From: Octopus sinensis
Lineage: Eukaryota
Length of the DNA: 64,000 nucleotides
Direction of reading: 5' to 3'
NCBI RefSeq assembly: GCF_006345805.1
Contig: NC_043009.1
Location: 12,524,001-12,588,000 of the forward strand
Made by a program: the position numbers and the translations under genes. This document shows positions 12,420 through 25,305 of the stretch, one piece after another (positions within the stretch are counted from its first letter, which is position 1; each line of letters begins with the position of its first letter). A model generated the notes under the pieces. The model saw only the letters and a program-made list of their open reading frames with translations, searched no databases and was not told the origin of the DNA.

Positions 12420-12717
12420 TTAAGAGACGAGGAATTATATACATTATTTACATTATATACACTATTTACATTCGATGGATATTTATTGTCATCTTTGTTG
12501 TTAACACCTGTTTCGGCTGATATACCCTCCAGCCATCTTCAGGTGCCTTGAGGAAATTTCAAACCTGGGTTCTCATTCCTAAAGTATTTTTCAATGTTAT
12601 TATTATTATTATTATTAATATTGTTGTTGTTGTTGTTATTGTTCAGGTTACTACTTGGAATCGGACTTGGAATCTTGGGGTTAGTAGACTGTGCTCTTAA
12701 CCACTACGCCATTTGCC
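12420..12717 (-). mobile_element. tRNA-headed SINE-like element with decayed hammerhead-like 3' region
   Basis: Head GGCAAATGGCGTAGTGGTTAAGAGC...AGTCCGATTCC (A/B-box-like, 12717-12654), then an (AAT/AAC)n spacer, then GGCAC-CTGAAGA-T-GGCTG-loop-CAGCC-GAAA-CAG-GTGTT (12547-12503), then a short AT-rich repeat tail. Confidence 0.6.
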
Positions 12718-13281
12718 TTCAACAACTTCATCGCCACCAGAACGCAGGATTTTTATGCTACTGGCATAAATAAACTTGTTCCGCGTTGGCAAAAGTGTGT
12801 TGATTCTGATGGTGTTTATTTCAATTAATAAAGTTTTGTTTGAGCCGAGATATATGCATCTGAATTTAAAGGTTAAAAACTGCAAGAACTTTCTTGACAA
12901 GCTAATATGATTTTGATTTTGATTTGATTTTTCCAGTTTCAGCTAATGAGCTGTGGCCATGCTGGGGCACCGCCATTTTGTATGTATGTATGTATATATT
13001 TATGTGTGTGTGTCTTTGTGTCAGTGTTGTCCAGCCACCCCCACCATCGCTTCACAACCAATGTTGTTCTGTTTGCAAGCCTGTAACTTAGTGGTTTACA
13101 AATAAGTACCAAGTGTAAAAATAAGTACCAAGTGTAAAAATAAGTACCAAGTGTAAAAATAAGTCCTGGAGTCAAATTGTTTGGTAAAAACCTTTCATGG
13201 CAGTGCTCCAGCATGGCTGCAATCAAGTAAGAGAAACAAGTAAAAGAATAAAAGAATAGCATCTTTAAAATCTCAAAGCAT

Positions 13282-13762
13282 TTACTCTTTTCAGTCATTT
13301 GACTGCAGCCATGCTGGAGCACCGCCTCTTGTCAACCAAAATCAACCCCAGGATTTATTCTTTGTAAGCCTAGTACTTATTCTATCGGTCTCTTTTGCCG
13401 AACCGCTAAGTGACGGGGACGTAAACACACCAAGCAATGCTAGGGAGACAAATACAGACACACAAACACACACACACACACACACATACATATATATATA
13501 TACATATATGGGGTGAAAACACACCAACATCAGTTGTCAATCGATGTTGGGGAGACAAACATGTACACACACATACATGTATATATATACATATATATAC
13601 GAAAGGCTTCTTTCAGTTTCTGTCTACCAAATCCACTCAGAAGGCTTTGGTCAGCCCGAGGCTATAGTAGAAGACACTTGCTCAAGGTGCCATACAGTGG
13701 GACTGAACCTGGAACCATGTGGTTGGTAAGCAAGCTTCTTACCACACAGCCACTCCTACGCC
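13282..13762 (-). mobile_element. SINE family A (head half duplicated at ~14170-14456)
   Basis: Same head and tail; part of the 694-bp tandem duplication. Confidence 0.85.
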
Positions 13763-14860
13763 TTGATATTACATGATTAATTCAAAGCTATGTGAATAAT
13801 TAAGCTTTACATTTGCCAGAATAATTTGAACACTAAAGAGTTAAGTAAGGATAGATTAATTATATTGTTTAGTTATAAATATAAAGTATATGCAGCGAAT
13901 ATAAAGTATAGAAAGTACTTGCAATTAATTCATATCTTAATAACCCTTAATGACATACTTCTGTTTGAACTTATCTTTTATCTTGAACTGCAGACACGCA
14001 AGGGCAATGCTTTGAAGGGTTTACTTGAACAAACTGACACAAGTACTTATCTATTAGACCTGGTACATATTCTATCAGCCTCCTTTACTGAACAACTAAT
14101 TAGAGAGGACATAAACAAACCAACTACAATTGTCAAGCAGTGAGAGGGGCAAAATACGCATGCACACACACACACACACATACATATATATATATACATA
14201 TATGGGGTGAAAACACACCAACATCAGTTGTCAATCGATGTTGGGGAGACAAACATGTACACACACATACATGTATATATATACATATATATACGAAAGG
14301 CTTCTTTCAGTTTCTGTCTACCAAATCCACTCAGAAGGCTTTGGTCAGCCCGAGGCTATAGTAGAAGACACTTGCTCAAGGTGCCATACAGTGGGACTGA
14401 ACCTGGAACCATGTGGTTGGTAAGCAAGCTTCTTACCACACAGCCACTCCTACGCCTTGATATTACATGATTAATTCAAAGCTATGTGAATAATTAAGCT
14501 TTACATTTGCCAGAATAATTTGAACACTAAAGAGTTAAGTAAGGATAGATTAATTATATTGTTTAGTTATAAATATAAAGTATATGCAGCGAATATAAAG
14601 TATAGAAAGTACTTGCAATTAATTCATATCTTAATAACCCTTAATGACATACTTCTGTTTGAACTTATCTTTTATCTTGAACTGCAGACACGCAAGGGCA
14701 ATGCTTTGAAGGGTTTACTTGAACAAACTGACACAAGTACTTATCTATTAGACCTGGTACATATTCTATCAGCCTCCTTTACTGAACAACTAATTAGAGA
14801 GGACATAAACAAACCAACTACAATTGTCAAGCAGTGAGAGGGGCAAAATACGCATGCACA
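13470..14860. repeat. 694-bp tandem duplication
   Basis: Identical ORF pairs offset by 694 (13513/14207, 13544/14238, 13826/14520); breakpoints in (CA)n. Confidence 0.9.
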
Positions 14861-15098
14861 CACACACACACACACACACACATGCATACATGCATGCATA
14901 CATATACAATGGGCTTTCAGTTTTTTTTCTTTTTCCTATTAAATTCACTCATGTGGCTTTGGTTGGCCCAGGGCTGTAGTAGAAGACACTTGCCCAAGGT
15001 GTCACACATTGGGACTGAACCTGACACCATATGGTTGGGAAATAAACTTCTTACCAAGCAGTTACAGTTGCACCTATTTATATTAGTAAAATGGGAAA

Positions 15099-15557
15099 GA
15101 CTGACGATACCAATCCATATTACTGGAATCGAACGTGGGCTTATAAACCCTAAATTCACTCCATAATTGCCCATGGGCAAATGGCATAGTGGTTAAGAGT
15201 ACAGGCTACTAACCCAAAGATTCCAAGTTCAATTCCAAGTAATATAGACTGACGATATCAATCTATATTACTGGAATCGAACTTGGGCTTATAAACCCTA
15301 AATTCACTCCATAATTGCCCATGGGCAAATGGCATAGTGGTTAAGAGTACAGGCTACTAACCCAAAGATTCCAAGTTCACTTCCAAGTAATATATACTGA
15401 CGATATCAGTCTATATTACTGGAATCGAACTTGGGCTTATAAACCCTAAATTCACTCCATAATTACCCATGGGCAAATGGCATAGTGGTTAAGAGTACGG
15501 GCTACTAACCCAAAGATTCCAAGTAATATAGACTGATGATATCAGTCTATATTACTG
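15099..15557. repeat. 148-bp tandem array (3 units plus partial) of tRNA-like SINE heads with palindromic junctions
   Basis: Units start at 15099, 15247, 15395 and 15531 (third unit 136 bp). Each contains TGGCATAGTGGTTAAGAG...AAGTTCAATTCC. Confidence 0.9.
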
Positions 15558-15836
15558 TGTTGAGTCATTAGATATGGTACACCATTGCTTGTCTCAGTTT
15601 ATTTTACTTTATTTCCTACCAAAATTTGTAAATAATGGCACCATTGGTTACAGGTTTCTAATGAACCCATCACTGGTTCGTTGCATTTCTGTAACTTAAG
15701 AGCACTAATTTTTCACCAGTCTTTGTGGCCTTGTAGTAGTTGATGATAATACTAGACCAATCATTGGGAAGACACCTTTCTTACGCATCTTTATTTACTA
15801 TGTAAGTGACTAACATGTAACTTCACCAAATATTTT

Positions 15837-16265
15837 GGATCTTTTCGGTTTGAACGGCAGTTTTTTAAAATAATTTCCACGTAACTAAACACTTTTAAAC
15901 TTCGTATACTGGTAAAATGTGTTTATAAAACATCTTTTCTCTTGGCTTTATTGAGAAAATTCTATAGTTTGTAAGATATTTGTTGTTTTTTTTTTCTTCA
16001 TTTTCTGCAATTTCAACCAATCAATGACGTTTATTGAGGTGAAAACATTCTGTGCCGTATGAATATGTCCCTCATTTAAGAAACAGATTGGGTTTATTTA
16101 CATTTGTGAAGAAAAAAGATACCCTTCCCCCCACCCCTAACCCTAACCCTAACCCTAACCCTAAAACAGATTGAAATGCAATAGATCGATACTAGGGTCA
16201 TAATTATGGGTGACAATTTCATATGACACCGCTAGAAAAAACTGCCGTTCAAACCGAAAAGATCC
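15837..16265 (-). mobile_element. Same TTAGGG-bearing MITE family
   Basis: Same TIRs; perfect 8-bp TSD aatatttt at 15829-15836 and 16266-16273. Confidence 0.9.
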
Positions 16266-16456
16266 AATATTTTCAGAATCCCAGCAACTATTTCTGATGG
16301 TCCAGCTGCCTTACTTACATTCATATACTTAATTCCCCTTTCAACCATACTGTTGTCAACTTCAATAGTTATTTTCTTTACTTGGTCAATAAGCCCTCAT
16401 TATAGCATTGCCATGTTTCAGCCTTTTCATTGTCAGTGAGAGCAATGTACCACTGT

Positions 16457-16756
16457 GGAGGCACATGGCCTAGTGGTTAGAGCAGCGGACTCGCGGTCGA
16501 GGGATCGCAGGTTCGAATCTCAAACCGGTCGATGGGTGTGTTTATGAACGAAAACGTCTAAGCTCCACGCGGCTCCGGCAGAAGTTAATGGCGAACTTCT
16601 GCTGACTCTTTCGCCACAACTTTCTCTCACTCTTTCCTCCTGCATCTAGCAGCTCACCTGCGACAGACCGGCATCCCATCCAGGTAAGGAACCTATATGC
16701 CAAGGAAACCAGGAAACTGGCCCTTATGAGCCAGGCATGGCTCGAGAAGGAAAGAA
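16457..16756 (+). mobile_element. tRNA-derived SINE with V-domain-like 3' segment
   Basis: GGAGGCACATGGCCTAGTGGTTAGAGC...GGTTCGAATCTC head; 14-bp TSD caatgtaccactgt (16443-16456, 16757-16770); CTGCGACAGACCGGCATCCCATCCAGG resembles the V-SINE domain. Confidence 0.85.
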
Positions 16757-17030
16757 CAATGTACCACTGTCATTCTGTATATACTTCTCCTCAATAATGT
16801 CTTGATTCTTTCTGGTGCATTGCCTTGTAATCTGAAACACAATACATCACAGAATATGTGCAAATCTCCTACTTTTTCGTTTCTTCCCTGACTGATTATA
16901 TATAATATCTAACTTCTCTTCAATTTGATATTGTTCTTTACACCCTCCCCTTGTTTCAGACCACCTAGGTTAGTTTCTTCATCTTTTTGGCTTCACAGTA
17001 CTGTTCCATTACTATGTCATATTCCATTTA

Positions 17031-17543
17031 CTGTAAATCCTCTAGTATAATCCACATTTTTTCCCCAAAATTTAAAGGTCAAAATCCCTAGTGCGTATCA
17101 TACATGAGGTTAAAAATGAAAATTATTTTCTAAGCAATGTTTGAGTCTCTATTTGCTGTCCGACAATGTTTATTCAGACACATTTTGTGATATCGGGCGC
17201 GAAAACACCTTAAGCTAAAGCCTGAAAGCAATGAAGTCATAAAAGAATCATCCATAACTTGCAGTAAGCAACATTTATTAAACATTATTGCTGTTATTTC
17301 TTTATTTTCTGCAAACAAAAGGCACAAAAAAGCTACACGTTTGCATTATGTTATATATACAATAATAATAAAGGATGTTACTGTATACATTTTTACAAAC
17401 CAAGGACGTTATATAGACCTCCTTGACTCCATTTAGAGAAGGGGTGCATATTATACACAAGGTTTAGGTTTTTCAGAAGTACAGCCTCCTAAAAATTCCC
17501 TGCGTATTATACTCAGGGGCGGACTATACTCGAGGAATTACAA
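17031..17543. mobile_element. Pogo/Tc-like non-autonomous element
   Basis: TA-flanked imperfect TIRs CTGTAAATCCTCTAGTATAATCC / GGACTATACTCGAGGAATTACAA. Confidence 0.65.
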
Positions 17544-18461
17544 TAATAGGAACATTTTCCCAAAGCATATTGTAGCTGTAGTCTTCAGCAGGTCATCATA
17601 TCTTAGTCATCATATCTTACCATTCCAGGTTGACTTGTGTTTCTGGAGGTGTCTAGTTCTTACTCTGAAGTCACTATTCACTAGTTAATGTTTTATGTGG
17701 TACATTCTTCATCAGAGAAAGTCTGTATTTACAACCATCTGTCTATCCTATTCCTGATGTGAATAATGTTTATTTGACTTTTGTGTTCACTTGATTTGTT
17801 GGTGCTCAGATGGCTAGCTGGTTCTCAGAAACATGTGCTGTAAATATGTCGGTCATTTGTGTAATAGAACTGTTGGGGGTACTAAGTGACTTGATACCCC
17901 CGTCCCTTGTACTATATTCATAGCAGCCCTGTATACTGCAGAAGCTGATATTTGTTATTGAAGTAGTCTGCAGGACGACTTCAATTCATTTACCAGTGCT
18001 GATTGGGATCCGCATGTTAGTGTCATTTTCTTCATGACTAACTGGAGCTTAAATTTTCTGCTGCATTCTCTCACTACTTCAATGTACCCCTTTCACAACT
18101 ATCAACATGCCTACTCTACCCACTCATAAGCTGTTATCCACCCTGAAGAATTTATCCTTTAGTTCCTTGCCAGTGGGGAGTCAAGCTCCTTACAGGCTGC
18201 AAAGAAGGTGTTAATAGTATCTATTTTATTGGTGTCAGAAAGATGAAAGGCAAAGTCCACCTTGGCTTGATTTGAGCATAAATGTAAAGAGATCTAACTA
18301 GTCCAGTGTGGTCTAACACTAGTATTTTTGTTACTTTCCTATCCAACAATAACAACACATATTGAATTTCTTTCTCATCGTGAAAGTATTACTAATTAAT
18401 TAGGTTTCTTTCACTACAGCATACACATTAATGAAAGCCTTAACTTGACTGAGAAGTGACA

Positions 18462-19410
18462 TCATCATCATCATCGTTTAACGTCCGCTTTCCATGCTAG
18501 CATGGGTTGGACGATTTTGACTGAGGGCTGGCGAACCAGATGGTTGTATCAGTTTCTAATCTTGATTTGGCAGAGTTTCTACAGCTGGATGCCCTTCCTA
18601 ATGCCAACCACTCCGAGAGTGTAGTGGGTGCATTTTACGTGCCACCGGCACGGGGGCCAATCAGGCAGTACTGGCAACGACCTCGCTCGAATCCTTTTAC
18701 ACATGCGACCAGCACAGGTGCCAGTAAGGCGACGTTGGTAATGATCACGCTCGAATGGTGCCCTTTTACGTGCCACTGGCATGGAAGCCAGTTGGCTGCT
18801 CATGCAACGATCTCACTTAGATGGTGCTCTTGGCACCCTACTAGCATGGGCACAAGTGCCAGTAAGGCGACGCTGGTAACGGTCATGCTTGAATGGTGCC
18901 CTTTAAGTGCCACTGGCATGGAAGCCGGTTAGCCACTCTGCCAATGATCACACTCGTATGGTGCTCTTTGCACCCTGCTAGCATGGACGCCAGTCATCGA
19001 ATTTGATTTTGATTTTGATTTTGCTTTTGATTGATTTCACTTGCCTCAACAGGTCTTCACAAGCAGAGTTTTAGTGTCGAAAGAAGGAAAAGGTACATAT
19101 AAGTGGTCTGGTTACGCCCCTGGCATAGGCCATGAGATTATGGTTTCATTTGGCTTGCCGGATCTTCTCACGCATGGCAAATTTCCAAAGGTCTCGGTCA
19201 CTAGTCATTTCCTTGGTGAGGCCTAAAGTTCAAAGGTTGTGCTTCACCACTTCATCCCAGGTCTTCCTGGGTCTACCTCTTCCACAGGTTCCCTCATCCG
19301 CTAGGGTGTGGCACTTTTTCACACAGCTATCCTCATCCATTCTTGCCACATGACCATACCAGCGCAGTCGTCTCTCTTGTGCACCACATCTGATGCTTCT
19401 TAGGTTCAAC
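18462..19410 (-). mobile_element. 5'-truncated RTE-LINE
   Basis: ORF 19412-19230 has ERRLRWYGHVARMDE...GRGRPRKTWDEVV, a typical RTE C-terminal motif, followed by 3' UTR and (GAT)n tail. Confidence 0.9.
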
Positions 19411-19665
19411 AATCCAAAATAGGAGATTCTGACAAGCTAAATTTGCCGTTTGATTTTTCTGTCAATTTATTGCAGTCATAATCCCAATTGAATAGTTTCA
19501 GCTCACTTTATTTCTTATGAATTTATAAACTGAATCATCCTTCAGTAATTTTTTCTCTTAGTCACATTGTTGAAATTTATAAATAGTCTCACTAAATTCT
19601 CCTTATTTCTTTTTTTCACCAACTGAGAAAAATATGCTTCACTGAGGAGATTTAACAAGACTTAA

Positions 19666-19884
19666 CCCTTTTGTGTTTAAACTGGCCATATCAGGCCAAA
19701 ATTGTCTTCTTGTTTTATTCTCAAACCAGCCAGCTCTGACCTCTCACACCTACCCAACAAAGTCATTCTAAAAATAAACAGGGACATCATCAATATCCCA
19801 GAGTTCAAGATGCTGTACAATTAATTTTAAATAATGTAATTAAACAGGCTTTACATTTGACAGAGTAATCTAAATGCTAAAGGG
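19666..19884. mobile_element. piggyBac-like MITE family 2 (also 36898-37118; partials at ~13770-13843 and ~44295)
   Basis: TTAA|CCCTTT...AAAGGG|TTAA; internal sequence differs from family 1. Confidence 0.8.
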
Positions 19885-20640
19885 TTAAACATGTCTTATT
19901 TTCACCAGTTGGTTTAAGGACAAGCTCCTTTCATATAATGCCTTTTTAAATATCTTCTCAAATTCCAATTGGTTTTATTGGAGTTACCTTCCTTGTACAC
20001 ATTGTGTTGATAATCCAAATCGAAGAGTTTCAACACTATATTATAAATAAAAGCTTTCTTTCTGCTTCTTAATCTTGCCTGGTTTGCAGAACATACTTTA
20101 GTGAAGAGGTATAATAAGAATTAAACATGTTCATTGCATTCAGCGCTTGGCTTAAAGATTAAATTCAATCTCATATCTGCAATTACTGTATTTTCCAAAC
20201 TTTCAAGGAAGTGATTTTATTAGAGCTGACACCCTTGACAGCTATTTTTAATGATTTTGAACAGCCCTAGAAACAGTTTTTGCTACCTTAAAAACGAGAG
20301 ACCATATTTTGTAATTGTATTTGATACACAAAACATTCCCCTTAAAGTATTTTCCTAAACCCATAGTGTTAAATTTGGCTTTGGCTAAGATACGAAGGTC
20401 ACTCATCAGTTCCTTCAACCATAGACACATTCCTATTTATTCCAAACTGTTTGTAGTATATATTATCATAGTATAAAATTATTAATAACAATTGAAGATA
20501 ACATCCAGAGTGGCTATACTAAGCTGGTATTAGATTACAAGAAGTAAAAGTAGTAGTTTGTAATAAACTAACTGAACACTTCGCTCTATGTCATTGAACG
20601 GTAAGTTCCTAGTAAGCAGCGAATGTAATAATAACAATAA

Positions 20641-21040
20641 TATGGCTGTGTGGTAAGTAGCTTGCTAACCAACCACATGGTTCCGGGTTCAGTCCCACTG
20701 CGTGGCATCTTGGGCAAGTGTCTTCTGCTATAGTCCTGGGCCGACCAATGCCTTGTGAGTGTATTTGGTAGACAGAAACTGAAAGAAGCCTGTCGTATAT
20801 ATGTACATATATGTGTGTGTTTGTGTGTCTGTGTTTGTCCCCCTAGCATTGCTTGACAACCGATGCTGGTGTGTTTACGTCCCCGTAACTTAGCGGTTCG
20901 GCAAAAGAGACCGATAGAATAAGTACTGGGCTTACAAAGAATAAGTCCCGGGGTCGATTTGCTCGACTAAAGGCAGTGCTCCAGCATGGCCGCAGTCAAA
21001 TGACTGAAACAAGTAAAAGAGTAAAGAGTAAAGAGTAATG
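20641..21040 (+). mobile_element. SINE family A
   Basis: GGCTGTGTGGTAAGTAGC head through (TAAAGAG)n tail. Confidence 0.9.
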
Positions 21041-21342
21041 AGATTATTGTATACAGTGCTCAGGTGCAAACACAACTTGTCAAAAGTGCGTATAAAGTAT
21101 ATGCAGTAATGTACAAATGTCTGGAAAGCGAACAGTGTATGAGTCAGATACATGCTTGCGTGTGTATGGAGGGGAGAAAATCAGGTGTAGTGTTGGCGAA
21201 TCTCAGGAAGCATGGAAGTTTTGAAGGATGCAGTGCTCCGACAACTAATACTGTTTTGCATCCTATATCTTTTATCTTTCTTTGTCTTTTACTTGTTTCA
21301 GTCATTCCACTGCAGCCATGCCGGGGCACCATCTTGAAAAAC

Positions 21343-21620
21343 ATGTAGCGAGGCACAAGAAGCCAGCACCGTTTTGAACAAGATCTCGCCTGCAGCCATT
21401 TGCCATGCACGGGACAACAACAAGATTCTCACCGGCAACCAGTATTTAAGCAAGAAACCAACGACATTCACTCTCTCATGTCTCCTCATGCTTACACTGA
21501 GAAATACTGCGCAGCCAGCAGCCCCACAGCGGACTCTTGTCCCGCTCTGACTCCACAGGCTTATCTCCAGAGGTAATGAACCTCACATGTATGGAGTTAA
21601 AACAAACCATGCGCTGCTAT
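21343..21620. mobile_element. Possible solo LTR
   Basis: GC-richer island starting TGTAGCG and ending GCTGCTATA, with internal TATTTAAG; TSD unconvincing. Confidence 0.3.
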
Positions 21621-21828
21621 AAAGATGGTCACTGAGAGTGAACCACATGAGTGAGATCTCCGTAAATGAATGGCTGTTGAACTTCTTCGTGTTCCAGATC
21701 CTTGAAATGGCAAAAATAATTATAATGGGAGAAGGAGATACTCCACAGGTATCACAAACCTCCCATTCCATTAGAAACATTTTTAATAAAATAAATCAAC
21801 CACAATACTTATATCTATATCTATATAC

Positions 21829-21879
<51 letters not shown>

Positions 21880-21882
<3 letters not shown>

Positions 21883-22283
21883 CCTAGTACTTATTCTATC
21901 AGTGTCTTTTGCCAAACTGCTAAGTTATGGGGACATAAACACACCACCACCAATTATCAAGTGGTGGTGGTGGTGGTGGTGGTATAAAAACACTGACACA
22001 AAGACATACGCACATAGATACATATTTACACACACACACACACACACACATGCACAGACATACACACACATGCACAGACACACACACATGCACAGACACA
22101 CACACACACAGACACACACACACATATGACAGGCTTCTTTCAGTTTCCGCCTACCAAATTCACTCACAAGGTTTTGGTCAGCCCAAAGCTATAGTAAAAG
22201 ACACTTGCCCAAGGTGCCACACAATGGGACTGAACATGGAACCATGTGGTTGGAAAGCAAGATTTTTACCACACAGCCACACC
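21880..22283 (-). mobile_element. SINE family A
   Basis: Same family with expanded CA microsatellite. Confidence 0.85.
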
Positions 22284-22317
22284 TAAATTATTATAGCTTT
22301 ATAACAATTGAGGATAT

Positions 22318-22735
22318 CCATTTCTTTACTACCCAGAAAAGGCTAAACACAAAGAGGACAAACAAGGACAGCCAAACGGATTAAGTCGATTATATCGACC
22401 CCAGTGCGTAACTGGTACTTAATTCATCGACCCCGAAAGGATGAAAGGCAAAGTCGACCTCGGTGGAATTTGAACTCAGAACGTAACGGCAGACAAAATA
22501 CCTATTTCTTTACTACCCACAAGGGGCTATACACAGAGAGGACAAAGAAGGACAGACAAACGGGTTAAGTTGATTAGATCAACCCCAGTGTGTAACTGGT
22601 ACTTATTTAATCGACCCCCAAAAGGATGAAAGGCAAAGTCAACCTCAGCGGAATTTGAACTCAGAACGTAACGGCAGACGAAATACCGCTAAGCATTTCG
22701 CCCGGCGTGCTAACAATTCTGCCAGCTCACCGCCC
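22318..22735 (-). mobile_element. tRNA-derived SINE family B, dimeric
   Basis: Head GGCG(G/A)TGAGCTGGCAGAA...GAGTTCAAATTCC; core GTCGACTTTGCCTTTCATCCTTTCGGGGTCGAT; ~183-bp body repeated twice head-to-tail. Confidence 0.85.
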
Positions 22736-23274
22736 TGAGAATATCAGATATCATCCCAAGTGGCTATGGTAAGCTGCTATCAGATTACAAGAAGTAAAAG
22801 TGGTCGTTTATAATAAACCAACTGAACACTTCACATTATGTCAGTTGGTAGTGACAAGTGAATATTGTAGGTATTTCTATGTCTATGAGAAGGGTCATAA
22901 CCATCACAAGATCCACATTCCTCACTTTCTTCCCACTGCCACCCAAAAATATGGCCTGTTCCAAGAGGCATGATGACTAATCACTTTAGTGCTTTTTCCT
23001 TGAATATGGGGAAGCTGTGAGGTGGAGAAGTTAGCTTCTCAATCATGTGGTCTCAGGTTCAATCACACTGCATGGCATCTTGCACTTTGCACCTTGGGCT
23101 AGTGTCTTCTACCTTAGCCCAAGGTTGATCAAAGCCTTATGAGTGGATTTGGTAGATGGAAACTGAAAGAATCCCATTTCACATATATATATAAATCAGT
23201 GCTTCTCAACTGGGATCAGTGTAAGATTTTGCTGCTAAAATTTATGTCCAATGAATAGGTTATACTTCTACAAT

Positions 23275-23487
23275 ACTCTTTTACTCTTTTACTTGTTTCA
23301 GTCATTTGACTGCGGCCATGCTGGAGCACCGCCTTTAGTCGAGCAAATCGACCCCAGGACTTATTCTTTAGAAGCCTACTACTTGTTCTATCGGTCTCTT
23401 TTGCCGAATCACTAAGTTATGGGGACGTAAACACATCAGCATCGGTTGTCAAGCGATGTTGGGGGGGACAAATACAGATACACAAAC

Positions 23488-23540
<53 letters not shown>

Positions 23541-23705
23541 CATATGACAGGTTTCTTTCAGTTTCCGTCTACCAAATCAACTCACAAGGCTTTGGTCGAC
23601 CCGAGGCTATAGTAGAAGATACTTGCTCAGGGCACCATGCAATGGGACTGAACCCAGAACCATGTGATTCATAAGCAAGCTACTTACCACAAAGCCACTC
23701 CTATG

Positions 23706-23707
<2 letters not shown>
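23275..23707 (-). mobile_element. SINE family A
   Basis: Full head and tail. Confidence 0.9.
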
Positions 23708-23746
<39 letters not shown>

Positions 23747-24154
23747 ATGTAATATAATATGATATAATATAATATAATATAGCACCTACTGATCGTGGCA
23801 TTTGCCAGCCTCCCCTGGCACGTAAAAAGCACCCACTACACTCACGAAGTGGTTGGCGTTAGGAAGGGCATCCAGCTGTAGAAACAATGCCAGATCAGAC
23901 TGGAGCCTGGTGCAGCCTCCTGGGTTCCCAGACCCCGGTCAAACCATCCAACTTGTGCTAGCATGGAAAATGGACATTAAACGATGATGATGATGATAAT
24001 ATAATATAATATAAACAGCAGCTTACAATGTCTCACCAAAAAGGAGAATTATAATTGTCTCTAAATGTGACTAGGGTGTCAGGAAACACCTACATTGCTA
24101 GAAATAAGAGCTAAAATGCTCTAATGCTGTAGTTAACACATATGAATGAAAAAA

Positions 24155-24608
24155 GGATCTTTTCGGTTTGAACGGCAGTTCTTTCTAGCAGTGTCATATG
24201 AAATTGTCACCCATAATTATGACCCTGTATCGATCTATTGCATTTCAATCTGTTTTAGGCTTAGGGTTAGTTAGGTTTAGTTAGGGTTAGGGTTAGGGTT
24301 AGGGTTAGGGGTGGGGGGAAGGGTATCTTTTTTTCTTCACTAATGTAAATAAACCCAATCCGTTTCTGAAACGAGGGACATATTCATACGGCACAGAATG
24401 TTTTTTTATCTCAAATACGTCAGTGATTGGTTGAAACTGCACAAATTGAAGAAAAAAAACAACAAATATCTTACAAACTATAGAATTTTCTCAATAAAGC
24501 GAAGAGAAAATGATGTTTTATAAACACTTTCTACCAGTATACGAAGTTTAAAATTTTTTAGTTACCTAGAAATTATGTTAAAAACTGCCGTTCAAACCAA
24601 AAAGATCC
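24155..24608 (+). mobile_element. Same TTAGGG-bearing MITE family, nested in a foldback MITE
   Basis: TSD tgaaaaaa/tgaaaata; longest telomere-like tract of the four copies. Confidence 0.9.
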
Positions 24609-24882
24609 TGAAAATATATACACTAGTAGGGCCCTGAATCATCTGAAAAATGCCAGCCGAGAATTCTCAATCCTAATTTCAATTCTGGCAATTTCCGTTG
24701 CCTCATCAGTTAAGCCCAATTAATATTTGGTTTTCTCCAGACTTGCTTCTCTATTAAAATTTATGTTTTGTCATCCAAATTAAAGGATGATTTAGCAATT
24801 CGTTAAAGTGTATACATAAAATTAATACTAATAAAAGGTTACAGTGTTTCACCAAAAAGTAGAAATATAATTGTCAAATATG

Positions 24883-25042
24883 CGCAGGAGTGGTTGTGTG
24901 GTAAGTAGCTTGCTTACCAACCACATGGTTCCTGGTTCATTACCACTGGGTGGCACCTTGGACAAGTGTCTTCTACTATAACCTTGGGCTAACCAAAGCC
25001 TTGTGAGTGGATTTGGTAGACGGAAACTGAAAGAAGCCCATC

Positions 25043-25084
<42 letters not shown>

Positions 25085-25305
25085 TCATGTGTGTGTATGT
25101 TTCTGTGTCTGTGTTTGTCCCTCCAACATCGCTTTACAACTGATGGTGGTGTGTTTACGTCCCCGTAACTTAGCGGTTCAGCAAAAGAGACTGATATAAT
25201 AAGTACTAGGCTTCCAAAGAATTAGTCCTGGGGTCGAGTTGCTCGACTAAAGGTGGTGCTCCAGTATGGTCGCAGTCATATGACTGAAACAAGAAAAAGA
25301 GTAAA
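24883..25305 (+). mobile_element. SINE family A (3' half duplicated at ~25760-25985)
   Basis: GCGCAGGAGTGGTTGTGTGG head. Confidence 0.9.

Larger units (their letters stand above)
15560..17020 (-). mobile_element. Highly decayed RTE ORF2 remnant, interrupted by a MITE and a SINE
   Basis: Frame-broken fragments such as TRQCTRKNQDII..NDSGTL resemble the RTE region upstream of RT. Confidence 0.5.

Noticed and set aside
13100-13157. 19-bp direct repeats x3, CRISPR-like at a glance
   Set aside because: No spacers; slippage inside a SINE in eukaryotic DNA.
15101-15140. CTGACGA...GAAC in the 148-bp unit as a hammerhead
   Set aside because: GAAC instead of GAAA and no stem I or III; better explained by the junction palindrome.
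16457-16530. Possible tRNA gene
   Set aside because: No acceptor-stem closure; continues into a SINE body bounded by a 14-bp TSD.
17700-18200. Possible CR1-like endonuclease remnants (also ~50700-51400)
   Set aside because: Only short, frame-broken motif resemblances (DFN, LSQLINMPT); too weak to list as features without a search.
24255-24320. (TTAGGG)n as a chromosome end or fusion scar
   Set aside because: Short, and always at the same position inside a TIR/TSD-bounded MITE.
24670-24712. Minus-strand CTGATGA-GGCAA-loop-TTGCC-AGAA hammerhead-like core
   Set aside because: No GAAA in register and no stem III or cleavage triplet; chance or too decayed to call.
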